A stretch of 64,000 nt of DNA, from assembly GCA_016764435.1 (NCBI GenBank), contig JAESRX010000064.1, positions 25,818-89,817 on the forward strand, in the 5' to 3' direction. Within the stretch, counting starts at the first letter, position 1. Every line of letters begins with the position of its first letter. The position numbers and the translations under genes are program-made. This stretch comes from Flavobacteriaceae bacterium. Its GTDB lineage: Bacteria > Bacteroidota > Bacteroidia > Flavobacteriales > Flavobacteriaceae. The notes under the pieces were generated by a model, which saw only the letters and a program-made list of their open reading frames with translations, searched no databases and was not told the DNA's origin. Below are positions 9,122-18,521 of this stretch, one piece after another.

Positions 9122-10972
9122 ATGAACGAAGTATATATAACAAGCTCCGGCACCTTTTTACCAAACAAAGCGATCAGCAATGAAAAAATAGACACGTTTT
9201 TAGGCCGTATAAACGGAAAAGAAAGCCGTGTAAAAGACCGGATATTAAACCAAAATGGTATTAAATCACGGTACTATGCCATCAACGAAAAACAAGAAAC
9301 AACGCATTCCAATGCGCAACTAGCAGTACATGCAGTTGAAGATGCATTGAAAAAAAGTAGTTTAAGATCTTCTGATGTTGAGCTCTTATGTACAGGAACT
9401 ACACAGGGAGACCTACCTATACCAGGTTTTGCAAGTATGGTCCATGCAAATTTAGATTTTAACAGGTGTGAAGTTGCCAGTTTTCAAAGCGTATGTGCAA
9501 GTGGCATAATGGCTTTGAAAAATGCTTATGCCCAAATTAAAAGTAATGAAAAGACAAATGCAATTTGTGTAGGAAGTGAATTAGCGAGTAGACTATTTAA
9601 AGCATCACGTTTTGAAGCACAAGAAGCAGACTCGTTACCATTTGATGCAGAATTCCTACGATGGATGCTCTCTGATGGTGCTGGTGCATTTGTATTGCAA
9701 AACAAGAAAAACGAACATGGTATTTCGCTGAAAATAGATTGGATTGATTTAAAATCCCATGCCAATGAATTTCCGGCTTGCATGTATCTTGGGAAAACCG
9801 ATAACATGAATGAAACAGAAAAAACATGGCTAGATTACCCCAGTTATGAGGAAGCTTCAAAGGCTGGTGCAATCAATTTAAAGCAAGATACCAGACTATT
9901 AAATAAGGTGATTCAAACAGGAATAGCACATTACTTTGAATTAATAGATCAAGGAAAAATAGCTAAAGATAGTATTGATTGGTTATGTTGTCATTATTCT
10001 TCCGAGGTTTTTAAGGCTCCCATTAAGGAGTTAATGCTAAAAGGAGGTGCTGCAATAACGGATGAGAAGTGGTTTAGTAATCTTAGTACAAAGGGGAATA
10101 CTGGAGCCGCTTCTATTTTTATAATGTTAGATGAATTAATGTATTCAGGAAAGTTGAAATTGGGAGATAAAATACTCTGTATGGTTCCAGAAAGCGGTCG
10201 TTTTATCACTTCATTTATGCAACTTACAGTATCGGGAAATATAGACGGAAACAAAAAGAGTTATCCCTTAAGAGAAATCAAAGCACCAGAACTCATCATT
10301 GATAAAAATGAAACCTCGGAATGGCTTATAAGAAACTTAACTCAAGTATGGATTGATTTTGAAACAGGATTACTTAAAACACCAATTATCAAAAAAATAC
10401 ATGATGGTAAGCTCAGTCTTTCAGATTATAAATTATTACTAACAGACCTTAGGCAACAAGTAATCGATGGTTCTCAATGGATATCTCGTGCCGCTTCAAA
10501 TATAGATATTGAACTATTTGACCTACGTTCTGCATTTATAAAACATACGGCAACTGAACATAAGGATTATCAAATGCTAGAAAGAAATTTCGAAGCATTA
10601 GGGGAGAATATTGATCTCATAAGAGCCGGTAACAAAAATATAGGAACCATCGCTTTAACTTCATTTATGTTTCAGCAGGCGAGTAAACCAAACCCCATTG
10701 ATTTACTAGGCGCTATGTTTATTATTGAAGGTATCGGTAAACGACTGGCTGATTACTGGGGGAATATGATAAAAAAACAATTGTCATTGAAAGACAATCA
10801 AGTCTCCTTTTTCATTTATCACGGAGTCGCTGACGAAAACCATTTTCACAACTTAGAAAAAGCATTAAACCACCCAGAAATGAATATGGAAATGGCTAAA
10901 AAAATAGTCAAAACGGCTAAAGTAACTGCCAAATTATATAAAATGCAATTAGAAGAACTAGGAAATTATTAA
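9122..10972 (+). CDS. KAS III (FabH-like) condensing enzyme fused to a heme-oxygenase-like / iron-containing redox enzyme domain
   Basis: The N-terminal ~370 aa carry the FabH-type Cys/His/Asn contexts SVCASG, CCHYSS and KGNTGAAS. The C-terminal ~220 aa are helical with ATEH..LERNFEALG, IIEGIG and HGVADENH (H-x3-D-x2-H). Confidence 0.85.
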   Translation: MNEVYITSSGTFLPNKAISNEKIDTFLGRINGKESRVKDRILNQNGIKSRYYAINEKQETTHSNAQLAVHAVEDALKKSSLRSSDVELLCTGTTQGDLPIPGFASMVHANLDFNRCEVASFQSVCASGIMALKNAYAQIKSNEKTNAICVGSELASRLFKASRFEAQEADSLPFDAEFLRWMLSDGAGAFVLQNKKNEHGISLKIDWIDLKSHANEFPACMYLGKTDNMNETEKTWLDYPSYEEASKAGAINLKQDTRLLNKVIQTGIAHYFELIDQGKIAKDSIDWLCCHYSSEVFKAPIKELMLKGGAAITDEKWFSNLSTKGNTGAASIFIMLDELMYSGKLKLGDKILCMVPESGRFITSFMQLTVSGNIDGNKKSYPLREIKAPELIIDKNETSEWLIRNLTQVWIDFETGLLKTPIIKKIHDGKLSLSDYKLLLTDLRQQVIDGSQWISRAASNIDIELFDLRSAFIKHTATEHKDYQMLERNFEALGENIDLIRAGNKNIGTIALTSFMFQQASKPNPIDLLGAMFIIEGIGKRLADYWGNMIKKQLSLKDNQVSFFIYHGVADENHFHNLEKALNHPEMNMEMAKKIVKTAKVTAKLYKMQLEELGNY

Positions 10973-10980
10973 ACTGAGCT

Positions 10981-11880
10981 ATGACAAATAAAAAAATAGA
11001 CTTATCAACGCATGATGAAAGGGATCCAAACCCTTGGTTGGCGTTACTATTAGATGATAGTATTCCTATTAATGCAACAACTAAACAGGCGTTGATGAGA
11101 GATAACTCCTCAAATTCAGTGAGGTACTTATCCCCCTTGATTCAATTTTGTTCTAAGGTGGCCATGTTTTTTATTCATATTTTTAAGTTTTTTCTTCCTA
11201 AACTAATCAATTCATCAAAGGTTTTACATCTTATTTTGTCATGGGGCCTTCGAAGATTCGTAAGCCCAGATGCCAATTTACTTATATTTAGACATTTTCA
11301 TGTAGGAACGGAGATTTTACAGTTTATAGGCAGAAACATTCCGAATATAGAATTAGTTGAAAGCCCTTTAAAACCAAAAGATTTTAAGGATGTAAAAGAT
11401 GATTTATTTTTAAATCATGATTTGAATTTGTACAATTTTGTTATTAACTTAAATCATCAATTAAAAGAAAAAGGGCTTACGATTAGCCCTCCTGAAAAAA
11501 CGAACCTAGACATGATTACAGAAGATCAATTTGAACATATAGATTTCCCTAATAAGTGGACAAATATTTTGGATCTACGCTCAGCTATTGAACTTTTCAC
11601 CCCTTTTTATCAATTATTCCTAACCTCTAATGACTTCGTAAGAGCCTCAAACTCACTACAGCTAGACGAAACAATCGCAATTTACACCGCTCAAATTTTA
11701 GGAACCCCTGGTCATTTAGGATTAATTAATAATAAACACCCGATGGTTCCTGTTAGTACTTACAGTGCTGCTTACAGACTGGTTTTACATGGTCTCGCTG
11801 CTGAAACACTACATGAAGTATTGGTAAAGATGAAGCTTCATAAAAATATTGATGGTATTCTTGTAGCTCCCAAAAAATAA
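10981..11880 (+). CDS. Hypothetical protein, third gene of the KAS III-fusion operon
   Basis: 299-aa ORF starting 8 nt after the upstream stop. It has one hydrophobic segment (SKVAMFFIHIFKFFLP) and no motif I recognise. Confidence 0.7.
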   Translation: MTNKKIDLSTHDERDPNPWLALLLDDSIPINATTKQALMRDNSSNSVRYLSPLIQFCSKVAMFFIHIFKFFLPKLINSSKVLHLILSWGLRRFVSPDANLLIFRHFHVGTEILQFIGRNIPNIELVESPLKPKDFKDVKDDLFLNHDLNLYNFVINLNHQLKEKGLTISPPEKTNLDMITEDQFEHIDFPNKWTNILDLRSAIELFTPFYQLFLTSNDFVRASNSLQLDETIAIYTAQILGTPGHLGLINNKHPMVPVSTYSAAYRLVLHGLAAETLHEVLVKMKLHKNIDGILVAPKK

Positions 11881-12333
11881 AATAATTTACAAATAACTAG
11901 CAATCAAAATTATCCAGATCTATAAGGTCCGCTAATTTTAAAGTCTTAGTTGTACTAAGTGCCGGTAATTACAAGATGAAAAATAATGATGTAATAAAAG
12001 AATTGAAATATGATCACTATAAAGATAAAATGGGAGAATGGACGTATAAATATACACATGCTAAATTAGATGAAATGGACAGAAAAAATAGCGAATTCCG
12101 AAGGAGACCCTCTTTTTACTAATACAAGAGAACTAAAATAGTATCGTGAATAAAAAACACAAACAATACACAGATACAGTAGTTTACGAATACTTAAATT
12201 AAAAAACAAAGAAAAACCTCCATTGATCTTCAAAAAAAACTACTACTTTAGATACCTGAATGTATTGGATTAAACCTTCCGAAGGACCCTGAAATAAAAC
12301 AGTACTCAGCATGCGATATAAAACAATAAAAAA

Positions 12334-13530
12334 TTGAGAGAACAACCAACCAATGCAAAAAAAAGAGTTGAATTATTAGACATCTATAGAGGATTTGCAA
12401 TTCTTGGAATTTTTGTTGTAAATATTGTAATAATGAATTCAACCTTTCTAAATCAGGACGAATTTGCTAAACAATGGACTTCTAATATTGACCAAATTTC
12501 AGAAAAAATACTTCAACTTTTTTTTTATACTAAATTCTTCCCAATATTCTCACTTCTTTTTGGATTAGGGATTTCAATGCAAGCCTTAAAAATGTTTGAT
12601 GAAAATAAACTGTCATTCTCATTTTTTGGAAGAAGAATGTTAATCTTGTTTATTTTTGGAGTTTTACATATCGCGTTTTTGTGGTCTGGAGATGTCTTAA
12701 ATCTATATGCAATTCTTGGATTATTTACCACCCTTATGATAAAACGGTCCAACAGATTAATTCTCCTGCTATCTGCAATTTTCTTTTTCTTCCCTTTTTA
12801 CGATCAAATTTTTGAATCTTTATTCAATTTCTTAAATTTTAGACCAGAAACCTATTTAAAAGAGCATACAGCAATAACGGTCAACCAAATAATACGAAGC
12901 GGTACTTACTTAGAAGGAATAAAGCTGAGACTCTTAGAATACCTTTCTAATATCCCCATGCTTTTTGGATTTTTAGCACCCATTGCTATTTCAATGTTTC
13001 TTTTAGGACTTTACCTTGGTAAAAATAAAATTTATGAATCTTTAGACTCTTTTATTCAGCAAATAAAAAAACCAATGTTAATGTTAACATTGATTACCAC
13101 TATTTATCGCCTAACATTTTTATTTATATTCGTAAATCAAGATTTTTTTTCATCAGAAAATTACAGCCAAATACTTATTAAAATAATGGTGCTTTCAGAT
13201 GTTGTAATGGGCTTGTTTTATCTCTGGATAATTGGTTGGATTTATTACAAAACTAAATGGAAAAAATTATTATCACCTTTAAAATATGTTGGTAGAATGG
13301 CACTTACAAATTATATAATGCAAAGTTTTATAGGTTTGCTCTTATTCTCATCAATCGGATTTAAACTTTATGAAACTTTAAGCCCCTCAAAAACACTTTT
13401 GATAGCAATTATAATTTTCATCTGTCAAATAAAATTAAGTAAAATTTGGTTAACACATTTCATGTTCGGACCATTGGAATGGGCTTGGAGATGTTTAACT
13501 TACCAAAAATTACTGCCGATTAAAAAGTAA
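12334..13530 (+). CDS. DUF418 (YeiB-like) polytopic membrane protein
   Basis: N-terminal RVELLDIYRGFAILGIFVVNI and C-terminal LTNYIMQS...GPLEWAWRCLTY are typical of the DUF418/YeiB family. A TTG start is assumed because there is no in-frame ATG near the 5-prime end. Confidence 0.8.
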   Translation: MREQPTNAKKRVELLDIYRGFAILGIFVVNIVIMNSTFLNQDEFAKQWTSNIDQISEKILQLFFYTKFFPIFSLLFGLGISMQALKMFDENKLSFSFFGRRMLILFIFGVLHIAFLWSGDVLNLYAILGLFTTLMIKRSNRLILLLSAIFFFFPFYDQIFESLFNFLNFRPETYLKEHTAITVNQIIRSGTYLEGIKLRLLEYLSNIPMLFGFLAPIAISMFLLGLYLGKNKIYESLDSFIQQIKKPMLMLTLITTIYRLTFLFIFVNQDFFSSENYSQILIKIMVLSDVVMGLFYLWIIGWIYYKTKWKKLLSPLKYVGRMALTNYIMQSFIGLLLFSSIGFKLYETLSPSKTLLIAIIIFICQIKLSKIWLTHFMFGPLEWAWRCLTYQKLLPIKK

Positions 13531-13567
13531 ATACAATGTCTAAAACACCTAGAAATCAAATTATATA

Positions 13568-13648
13568 AACCCGTAAAAGCCTACTACTCCTAAAGTCTAG
13601 TCACACTAAACCCGAGTAATTATGCCCAAGCATTATTAAAAGAGCTCC
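13568..13648 (+). repeat. Dispersed intergenic repeat, copy B
   Basis: 68/81 identity to 5716-5796. It starts 38 nt after the DUF418 stop, and the shared ataaagaccctc block follows at 13666-13677. Confidence 0.8.
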
Positions 13649-13733
13649 TTATTCATTTTTAATGATATAAAGACCCTCATTTTTAGATTGTCTCCTGTTC
13701 ATCGTTGGAAGTAATAAAAAAAAATAAAATCAA

Positions 13734-14276
13734 ATGATAGAATTAAGACCGCTTTCAAACATTCATATTTCTCCTTTTTATAAATGGATAAATGATCCTG
13801 AAGTGATCAAATACTCCTTGTCATTATTTCTTAAGATTCATACAGAAAATGATATTGAAAAATGGTATAAAGGACTCATTGAAAATGAGGAAATTCTTAA
13901 TTTCGGAATTTTTATTAAAGAAAATAACAAACTAATCGGGTATACAGGAATAGGTAATATTTCCAAAACAAACAAGTCTGGAGAGTTTTATATTTTCATT
14001 GGAGAAAAAAAAATGTGGGGAAAAGGAATTGGAACTTTAGCGACGAAGCAACTTTTAAAAATTGGTTTTTCAGAACAGCAATTGAACAGTATATTCTTGA
14101 CCGTTTCCGAACCAAATATTGGAGGAATCAAAGCCTATGAAAATGCTGGATTTAAACATGAAGGAAGATTGAGACAAGCCTGCTATAGAGATCATGAATT
14201 TCACGACAAATTAATTATGTCCATCCTAAAATCAGAATACCAAAAACAGAAAACTACAGAAATATCTGGTGAATAA
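13734..14276 (+). CDS. GNAT family N-acetyltransferase (RimJ/RimL-like)
   Basis: Acetyl-CoA binding motif WGKGIGTLATKQLL and a conserved AYENAGFKHEG tail. Confidence 0.85.
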   Translation: MIELRPLSNIHISPFYKWINDPEVIKYSLSLFLKIHTENDIEKWYKGLIENEEILNFGIFIKENNKLIGYTGIGNISKTNKSGEFYIFIGEKKMWGKGIGTLATKQLLKIGFSEQQLNSIFLTVSEPNIGGIKAYENAGFKHEGRLRQACYRDHEFHDKLIMSILKSEYQKQKTTEISGE

Positions 14277-14406
14277 ATTAAAGTAACATCGCTACTCCCC
14301 TACTTTTTTTTACAGAGCCTAGAATCCTTCCTCTGAATTCCGATACGAACCATCATCTAGACATTATATCTCAAGAAAAAAAACGCTACATTAAAAAAAA
14401 TAAATT

Positions 14407-14925
14407 ATGAACAATGAATTTCCAACCATAAAAACTGACCGGCTTTTACTCCGTGAAATAACTGATTTAGACCTTGAAAATATATTTAAAGGGCTTTCAA
14501 ACCCCCATGTTATTAAATACTATGGTGTTCATTATCAAAGTTTAGAAGCAACAAAGAAACAGCTGCTTTGGTTTGCAGATAAGCAACAAATGTGGTGGGC
14601 AATTTGTTCTCTTGATAACAAAACTTTTTACGGAGCAGGCGGCCTAAATGATATTGATAAAAAAGAAAAAAGAGCAGAAATAGGACTTTGGCTACTTCCT
14701 GATTTTTGGGGGAAAGGAATTATGAAAGAAGTCTTTCCTTTAATCTCTAATTACGGATTTAAAAAAATTAAATTAAGAAGAATAGAAGGATTTGTTGAAA
14801 CCGATAATTTGAATTGCAAAAATGCGATGTCTAAACTTGATTTTATAAATGAAGGAACACTAAAAGATTTCGAAATAAAAAACAAAAAATCAATACGTGT
14901 TGATCTCTATGTAAAAACTAATTAA
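14407..14925 (+). CDS. GNAT family N-acetyltransferase (RimJ/RimL-like)
   Basis: TDRLLLREIT N-terminus, WGKGIMKEVFPLI motif, and a NAMSKLDFINEG tail typical of Acetyltransf_3 proteins. Confidence 0.85.
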   Translation: MNNEFPTIKTDRLLLREITDLDLENIFKGLSNPHVIKYYGVHYQSLEATKKQLLWFADKQQMWWAICSLDNKTFYGAGGLNDIDKKEKRAEIGLWLLPDFWGKGIMKEVFPLISNYGFKKIKLRRIEGFVETDNLNCKNAMSKLDFINEGTLKDFEIKNKKSIRVDLYVKTN

Positions 14926-14984
14926 GGACTAAAAGCACTACACACTAAATAAACGTTCCTACGCTGCGTAACAGAATATGTCTT

Positions 14985-15437
14985 ATGAAAAGAACAATTA
15001 AAAAAAGGTTTAAAAAACAAATTGAATTAACTGACAGAGAAGAAAAGGTACTGGAAAGTTTGCGTTTTCAAGATAGTGATTTCTCACAAAAATTGGGCTC
15101 CACTCTTGCTTTTTCAGGCTTGATGATTGCAACCTCAATCGTGTTATTATCCACCTCGGAAGACGCCATAATGCATATAGGTAAAACTGATTTATTTTTA
15201 TTAACATTAAATTCTATAGGGCTATTCCTTTTATATATTTCAGGAATAATTTCCATATTATCATTGATATCAACCACTGAATATACAAATAACACAGAAT
15301 TGGCGCTGATTGAGTATGACGAATATTTAAAAAAGAAGAAAAAAAAATTAATGGTATCTTCTAGATTATTAGTAGCTGGGACGACCTCAATAATGGGGTC
15401 ACTCGTCATCATTCTACTAAGTAATATTCTTCATTAA
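14985..15437 (+). CDS. Hypothetical small membrane protein (3 predicted TM segments)
   Basis: 150-aa ORF with a basic N-terminus, hydrophobic stretches (LAFSGLMIATSIVLL, LNSIGLFLLYISGIISILSLI, TTSIMGSLVIILLSNIL) and a K-rich linker. Confidence 0.55.
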   Translation: MKRTIKKRFKKQIELTDREEKVLESLRFQDSDFSQKLGSTLAFSGLMIATSIVLLSTSEDAIMHIGKTDLFLLTLNSIGLFLLYISGIISILSLISTTEYTNNTELALIEYDEYLKKKKKKLMVSSRLLVAGTTSIMGSLVIILLSNILH

Positions 15438-15767
15438 AGACGCCAAAAAACGACACACACTTAGCGTATAAAAGTTGTCCGCTAGTGCATAATTGTCACC
15501 GTATAAAAACTGCTACTAAATTCAACTCCACAAGATACAATTCCACGGCAGCCTCACATCATATTCTAGAAAACACAAAACCCACTAAAATCTCTAAAAA
15601 TCATCACAAGTAACTTTTAGAGCCCGCATACTTCCCCCTTGCCAAAAATTGGTTCAAATGCCCCCCTTGTTTGAACCTATAGCCTGCTTCTTTTTTTAAA
15701 TTACTAACTACCTTGCCATTACAAGTAATAGGTGCTTATCCTTTCTTGTATATCAAACCATTCCCCT

Positions 15768-17954
15768 ATGAATACTGTAGTTTCTATTATTAATTCACGT
15801 GTCAATACTCTGAAAAACTACAGGTGTAAAATTTTAGTGGTTTGCTTATTATTATCCGTACCGTTGCAAGCACAATGGACAGATCCCTCCCTTGCCTCTC
15901 AGTTACAAGTACAGGAAGTAAGCATAGACTTTCCTTCAAAAAATGACGCTACACCACTTTTTAATCAGCTTTTAAAACACTATCAACAGCGTCAGAACAG
16001 GTATTTACAATTGGACACAAAAGCCATTCGTCAGCTTTCAAAAACACATAAAAAAGAAGCCCTTAAAACCATAGAAAATGCGGATAGGATCTTAAAAAAC
16101 ACCTTTGTTTTTAGGCATCATTGGGCCATGGAAAGAACCCATATCCCACATACATTTAAAGAGGATATAAACTGGAGTGCAAAACCCAACGGCGACGAAG
16201 AATGGTGCTATATGTTAAACCGTCACCGATATCTCATAGATTTGGGACAGGCTTATGCCCTCACGGGCGATGAAAAATACGCAGAAAAACTCGTGGCTAT
16301 TTTATCTGATTGGATACTAAACAATCCAAGAGAAGAACGCTTTAAAAGTATTTCATGGCGCAGAATAGAAGCCGGAATTCGTGCAGAAAACTGGATAAAA
16401 GGATTTGAATATGTAAAGAACTCTCCACACATTAGTCCCCAATTCTTTGAACTTTTCATCAATTCTTTATACCAACATGGCGTATTTTTAGCCCATACTT
16501 TTAGTGATTTTTCAAAAACCAGTAACTGGGGTGTTATTGAATTTCAAGGCCTTTTTAACCTTTCCCTCTTTTTAGAAGAATTTTCCACGGCTACTACTTG
16601 GCGAAGTACTGCCTTGCAAAACTTAAGTACCTGCATCGATTTACAAATTCTAGCAGACGGAACTCAATGGGAACAATCTCCTATGTATCATAACGAGGTG
16701 TTTCACAGCTACATAAACATCCTTCTATTAGCCAATAGATTTAGTATTCCTCTCCCCGAAAACATCGTCCAAAAAACACGTGCAATGGCCTATGCAAATA
16801 TTGCTTGGCAAAAACCAAATTACAAGCAACCCATGCTTGGAGACAGTGACGATACGGACATCCGAGATTTTATTACCCTTGCAGCTATTCTTTTTAACGA
16901 TCCCGTATTAAAATCAAGAGGCTTTGAAAATATCGATTATGAGTCCTTATTTATAGTGGATGCCCGTCAGAAAAAAGCCTATCAATCACTCCACACTAAA
17001 CCCGTAGATTTTACGTCTATTTACCAAGAAAGTTCTGGTGATTTTTACATGCGTTCCTCTTGGGAGTCTAACGCAAATTATGCAAGTTTTCACCTAAAGA
17101 AATTGGGTGGAGGCCATGGTCATGACAATTTATTACACTTCACTATTTTCGCAAATGGACGTGATTACCTAGTAGACCCAGGGCGTTATACCTATATAGA
17201 TAATGCTTGGAGAAAATATTTTAAAAGCAGTGTAAATCACAATTCCTTAGAAGTGGATGGTTTGCCTAATAGTATTTATAAAGACTCCTGGAGCAATTCA
17301 TTTGAAGCCACTTCAGGCAATCAATTCATTAAAACAACGCCCCTATTTGATTATGCGGAAGCCAGTAACTATGCGTACCAGCGATTGGATGATCCCGTGA
17401 CTGTAAAAAGGCGTCTCTTATATTTAAAACCCGATGTTTGGCTTTTAGTCGACAGTTTTAAGGCGAAAAAAGCACATACCTATAGCCAACATTTTATTTT
17501 TCCAAATGATAAAATAACCATAAATGACGCAGGGATTCAAACCACTTATCAATCCAACAACTTACGTATTCAACCTTTAGAAAATGTAGACATTACGCTA
17601 CGTGATGCTTGGTTTTCCTCCGAATACAATCTAAAAACAGCCTCTAAAAAAGCACTATTTTCCATAGATAAAACAGGCTCCACGTCTTTAATAACACTTT
17701 TATACTTTCCAGAAAACACAAAAATAACGTATAAATACATCCCGGTATATTCCAGAAGAGATGTTTTAATCCCACCAGCGGATGTAACGGCTATAGCGCT
17801 GACCATAAACGCTAAAAAATACCAGCTCGTAATTGTACACCAGCAAAGCGCCCCTGCCAATACTTTTTATAAAGTAGACGGTGTTTTAGTACGAGGCGAA
17901 GTAATACTGATAGATAAAAACAAGAAGACTAACATGATTACACGTATAAAATAA
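15768..17954 (+). CDS. Heparinase II/III-family polysaccharide lyase
   Basis: The ATG at 15768 gives a signal peptide (...ILVVCLLLSVPLQAQ). An N-terminal alpha/alpha toroid-like region (WCYMLNRHRYL, WRRIEAGIRAENW) is followed by a C-terminal heparinase II/III beta-sandwich (GGGHGHDNLLHFTIFANGRDYLVDPGRYTY, NHNSLEVDG). Confidence 0.85.
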   Translation: MNTVVSIINSRVNTLKNYRCKILVVCLLLSVPLQAQWTDPSLASQLQVQEVSIDFPSKNDATPLFNQLLKHYQQRQNRYLQLDTKAIRQLSKTHKKEALKTIENADRILKNTFVFRHHWAMERTHIPHTFKEDINWSAKPNGDEEWCYMLNRHRYLIDLGQAYALTGDEKYAEKLVAILSDWILNNPREERFKSISWRRIEAGIRAENWIKGFEYVKNSPHISPQFFELFINSLYQHGVFLAHTFSDFSKTSNWGVIEFQGLFNLSLFLEEFSTATTWRSTALQNLSTCIDLQILADGTQWEQSPMYHNEVFHSYINILLLANRFSIPLPENIVQKTRAMAYANIAWQKPNYKQPMLGDSDDTDIRDFITLAAILFNDPVLKSRGFENIDYESLFIVDARQKKAYQSLHTKPVDFTSIYQESSGDFYMRSSWESNANYASFHLKKLGGGHGHDNLLHFTIFANGRDYLVDPGRYTYIDNAWRKYFKSSVNHNSLEVDGLPNSIYKDSWSNSFEATSGNQFIKTTPLFDYAEASNYAYQRLDDPVTVKRRLLYLKPDVWLLVDSFKAKKAHTYSQHFIFPNDKITINDAGIQTTYQSNNLRIQPLENVDITLRDAWFSSEYNLKTASKKALFSIDKTGSTSLITLLYFPENTKITYKYIPVYSRRDVLIPPADVTAIALTINAKKYQLVIVHQQSAPANTFYKVDGVLVRGEVILIDKNKKTNMITRIK

Positions 17955-18331
17955 TGACAAAAAATCAGGTCAATAAACTCTCTTGGATTCTACGGATTTC
18001 CATTGCAGGAACATATATAGGTCACGGAATGTTTGCAATATTAGGCTACCAATCTTGGTACCGATACTTACAAGTGGTAGGAATTGCCATGGAACCCGCC
18101 AAATCAATGGTTGTTGGCATCGGGTATTTAGATCTTTTAATATCCTTCGCTATTTTAATAAAACCCCATAAATACCTCCTAGCATGGGCGGTAATATGGG
18201 CATTTTCAACAGCCTTAATTCGCCCGTTTGCAGGAGAACCAATTTGGGCATTTGTAGAGCGTGCTGCCAATTGGGCCGCCCCTTTAGTCCTATTATTCAT
18301 CTTAAAACACACTGAAAATAAGCGATATTAA
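17954..18331 (+). CDS. Small 4-TM membrane protein (DoxX-like?), start overlaps the lyase stop
   Basis: The ATG overlaps the upstream TAA by 1 nt (TAATG at 17952-17956). The 125-aa protein is hydrophobic. Confidence 0.65.
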   Translation: MTKNQVNKLSWILRISIAGTYIGHGMFAILGYQSWYRYLQVVGIAMEPAKSMVVGIGYLDLLISFAILIKPHKYLLAWAVIWAFSTALIRPFAGEPIWAFVERAANWAAPLVLLFILKHTENKRY

Positions 18332-18422
18332 AATAAAATCTCAGAAACAATAAGGATTACACACGAGCAACAAGCTAAACGTAAAACCTTTAGAGTAAAG
18401 CACTAAAAAACAATAAAATGCA

Positions 18423-18446
18423 AAAAATACAATCGATTGTATTTTT
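18423..18446. promoter_or_regulatory. Perfect 24-bp palindrome AAAAATACAATC|GATTGTATTTTT, candidate LacI-type operator of kdgK-eda
   Basis: Perfect dyad with a central CG, 76 nt upstream of the kdgK ATG. The central CG is typical of LacI/GalR operators, and a LacI-family gene lies at 22322-23368. Confidence 0.55.
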
Positions 18447-18521
18447 AATGGTTTTTTTATATCTTTACATTTTTAAAATCATAAATACCGCGTTTAAGTA
18501 TCAAAACTAATCATACAAAAA

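Noticed and set aside
11976-12122. 48-codon ORF (MKNNDVIKELKYDHYKDKMGEWTYKYTHAKLDEMDRKNSEFRRRPSFY) in the spacer after the KAS III operon
   Set aside because: It is below any length where an AT-rich ORF is meaningful, has no recognisable motif or clear ribosome-binding context, and cannot be supported without conservation data.
14985-15437. Small TM protein next to two GNATs, as a possible abortive-infection/Pycsar-type membrane effector or a GNAT toxin-antitoxin module
   Set aside because: There is no cyclase, nucleotide-binding domain, RHH/HTH antitoxin or other defence partner nearby. The similarity is limited to a vague N-terminal pattern plus TM helices.
2959-15731. Integron-like cassette array or CALIN. 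All genes are co-oriented, small, unrelated and separated by spacers that share sequence strings.
   Set aside because: I could not find attC-type structure (RYYYAAC ... GTTRRRY inverted cores with internal dyad symmetry) in the shared spacers. The 81-nt repeat has no convincing inverted-repeat architecture. No intI-like integrase or attI is present. Several cassettes would be multi-gene or too large. It is kept only as a generic accessory block.
18423-18446. The 24-bp palindrome as a bidirectional intrinsic terminator
   Set aside because: The stem would be almost all A:T with no loop, so the hairpin is weak. Its position and central CG fit an operator better.
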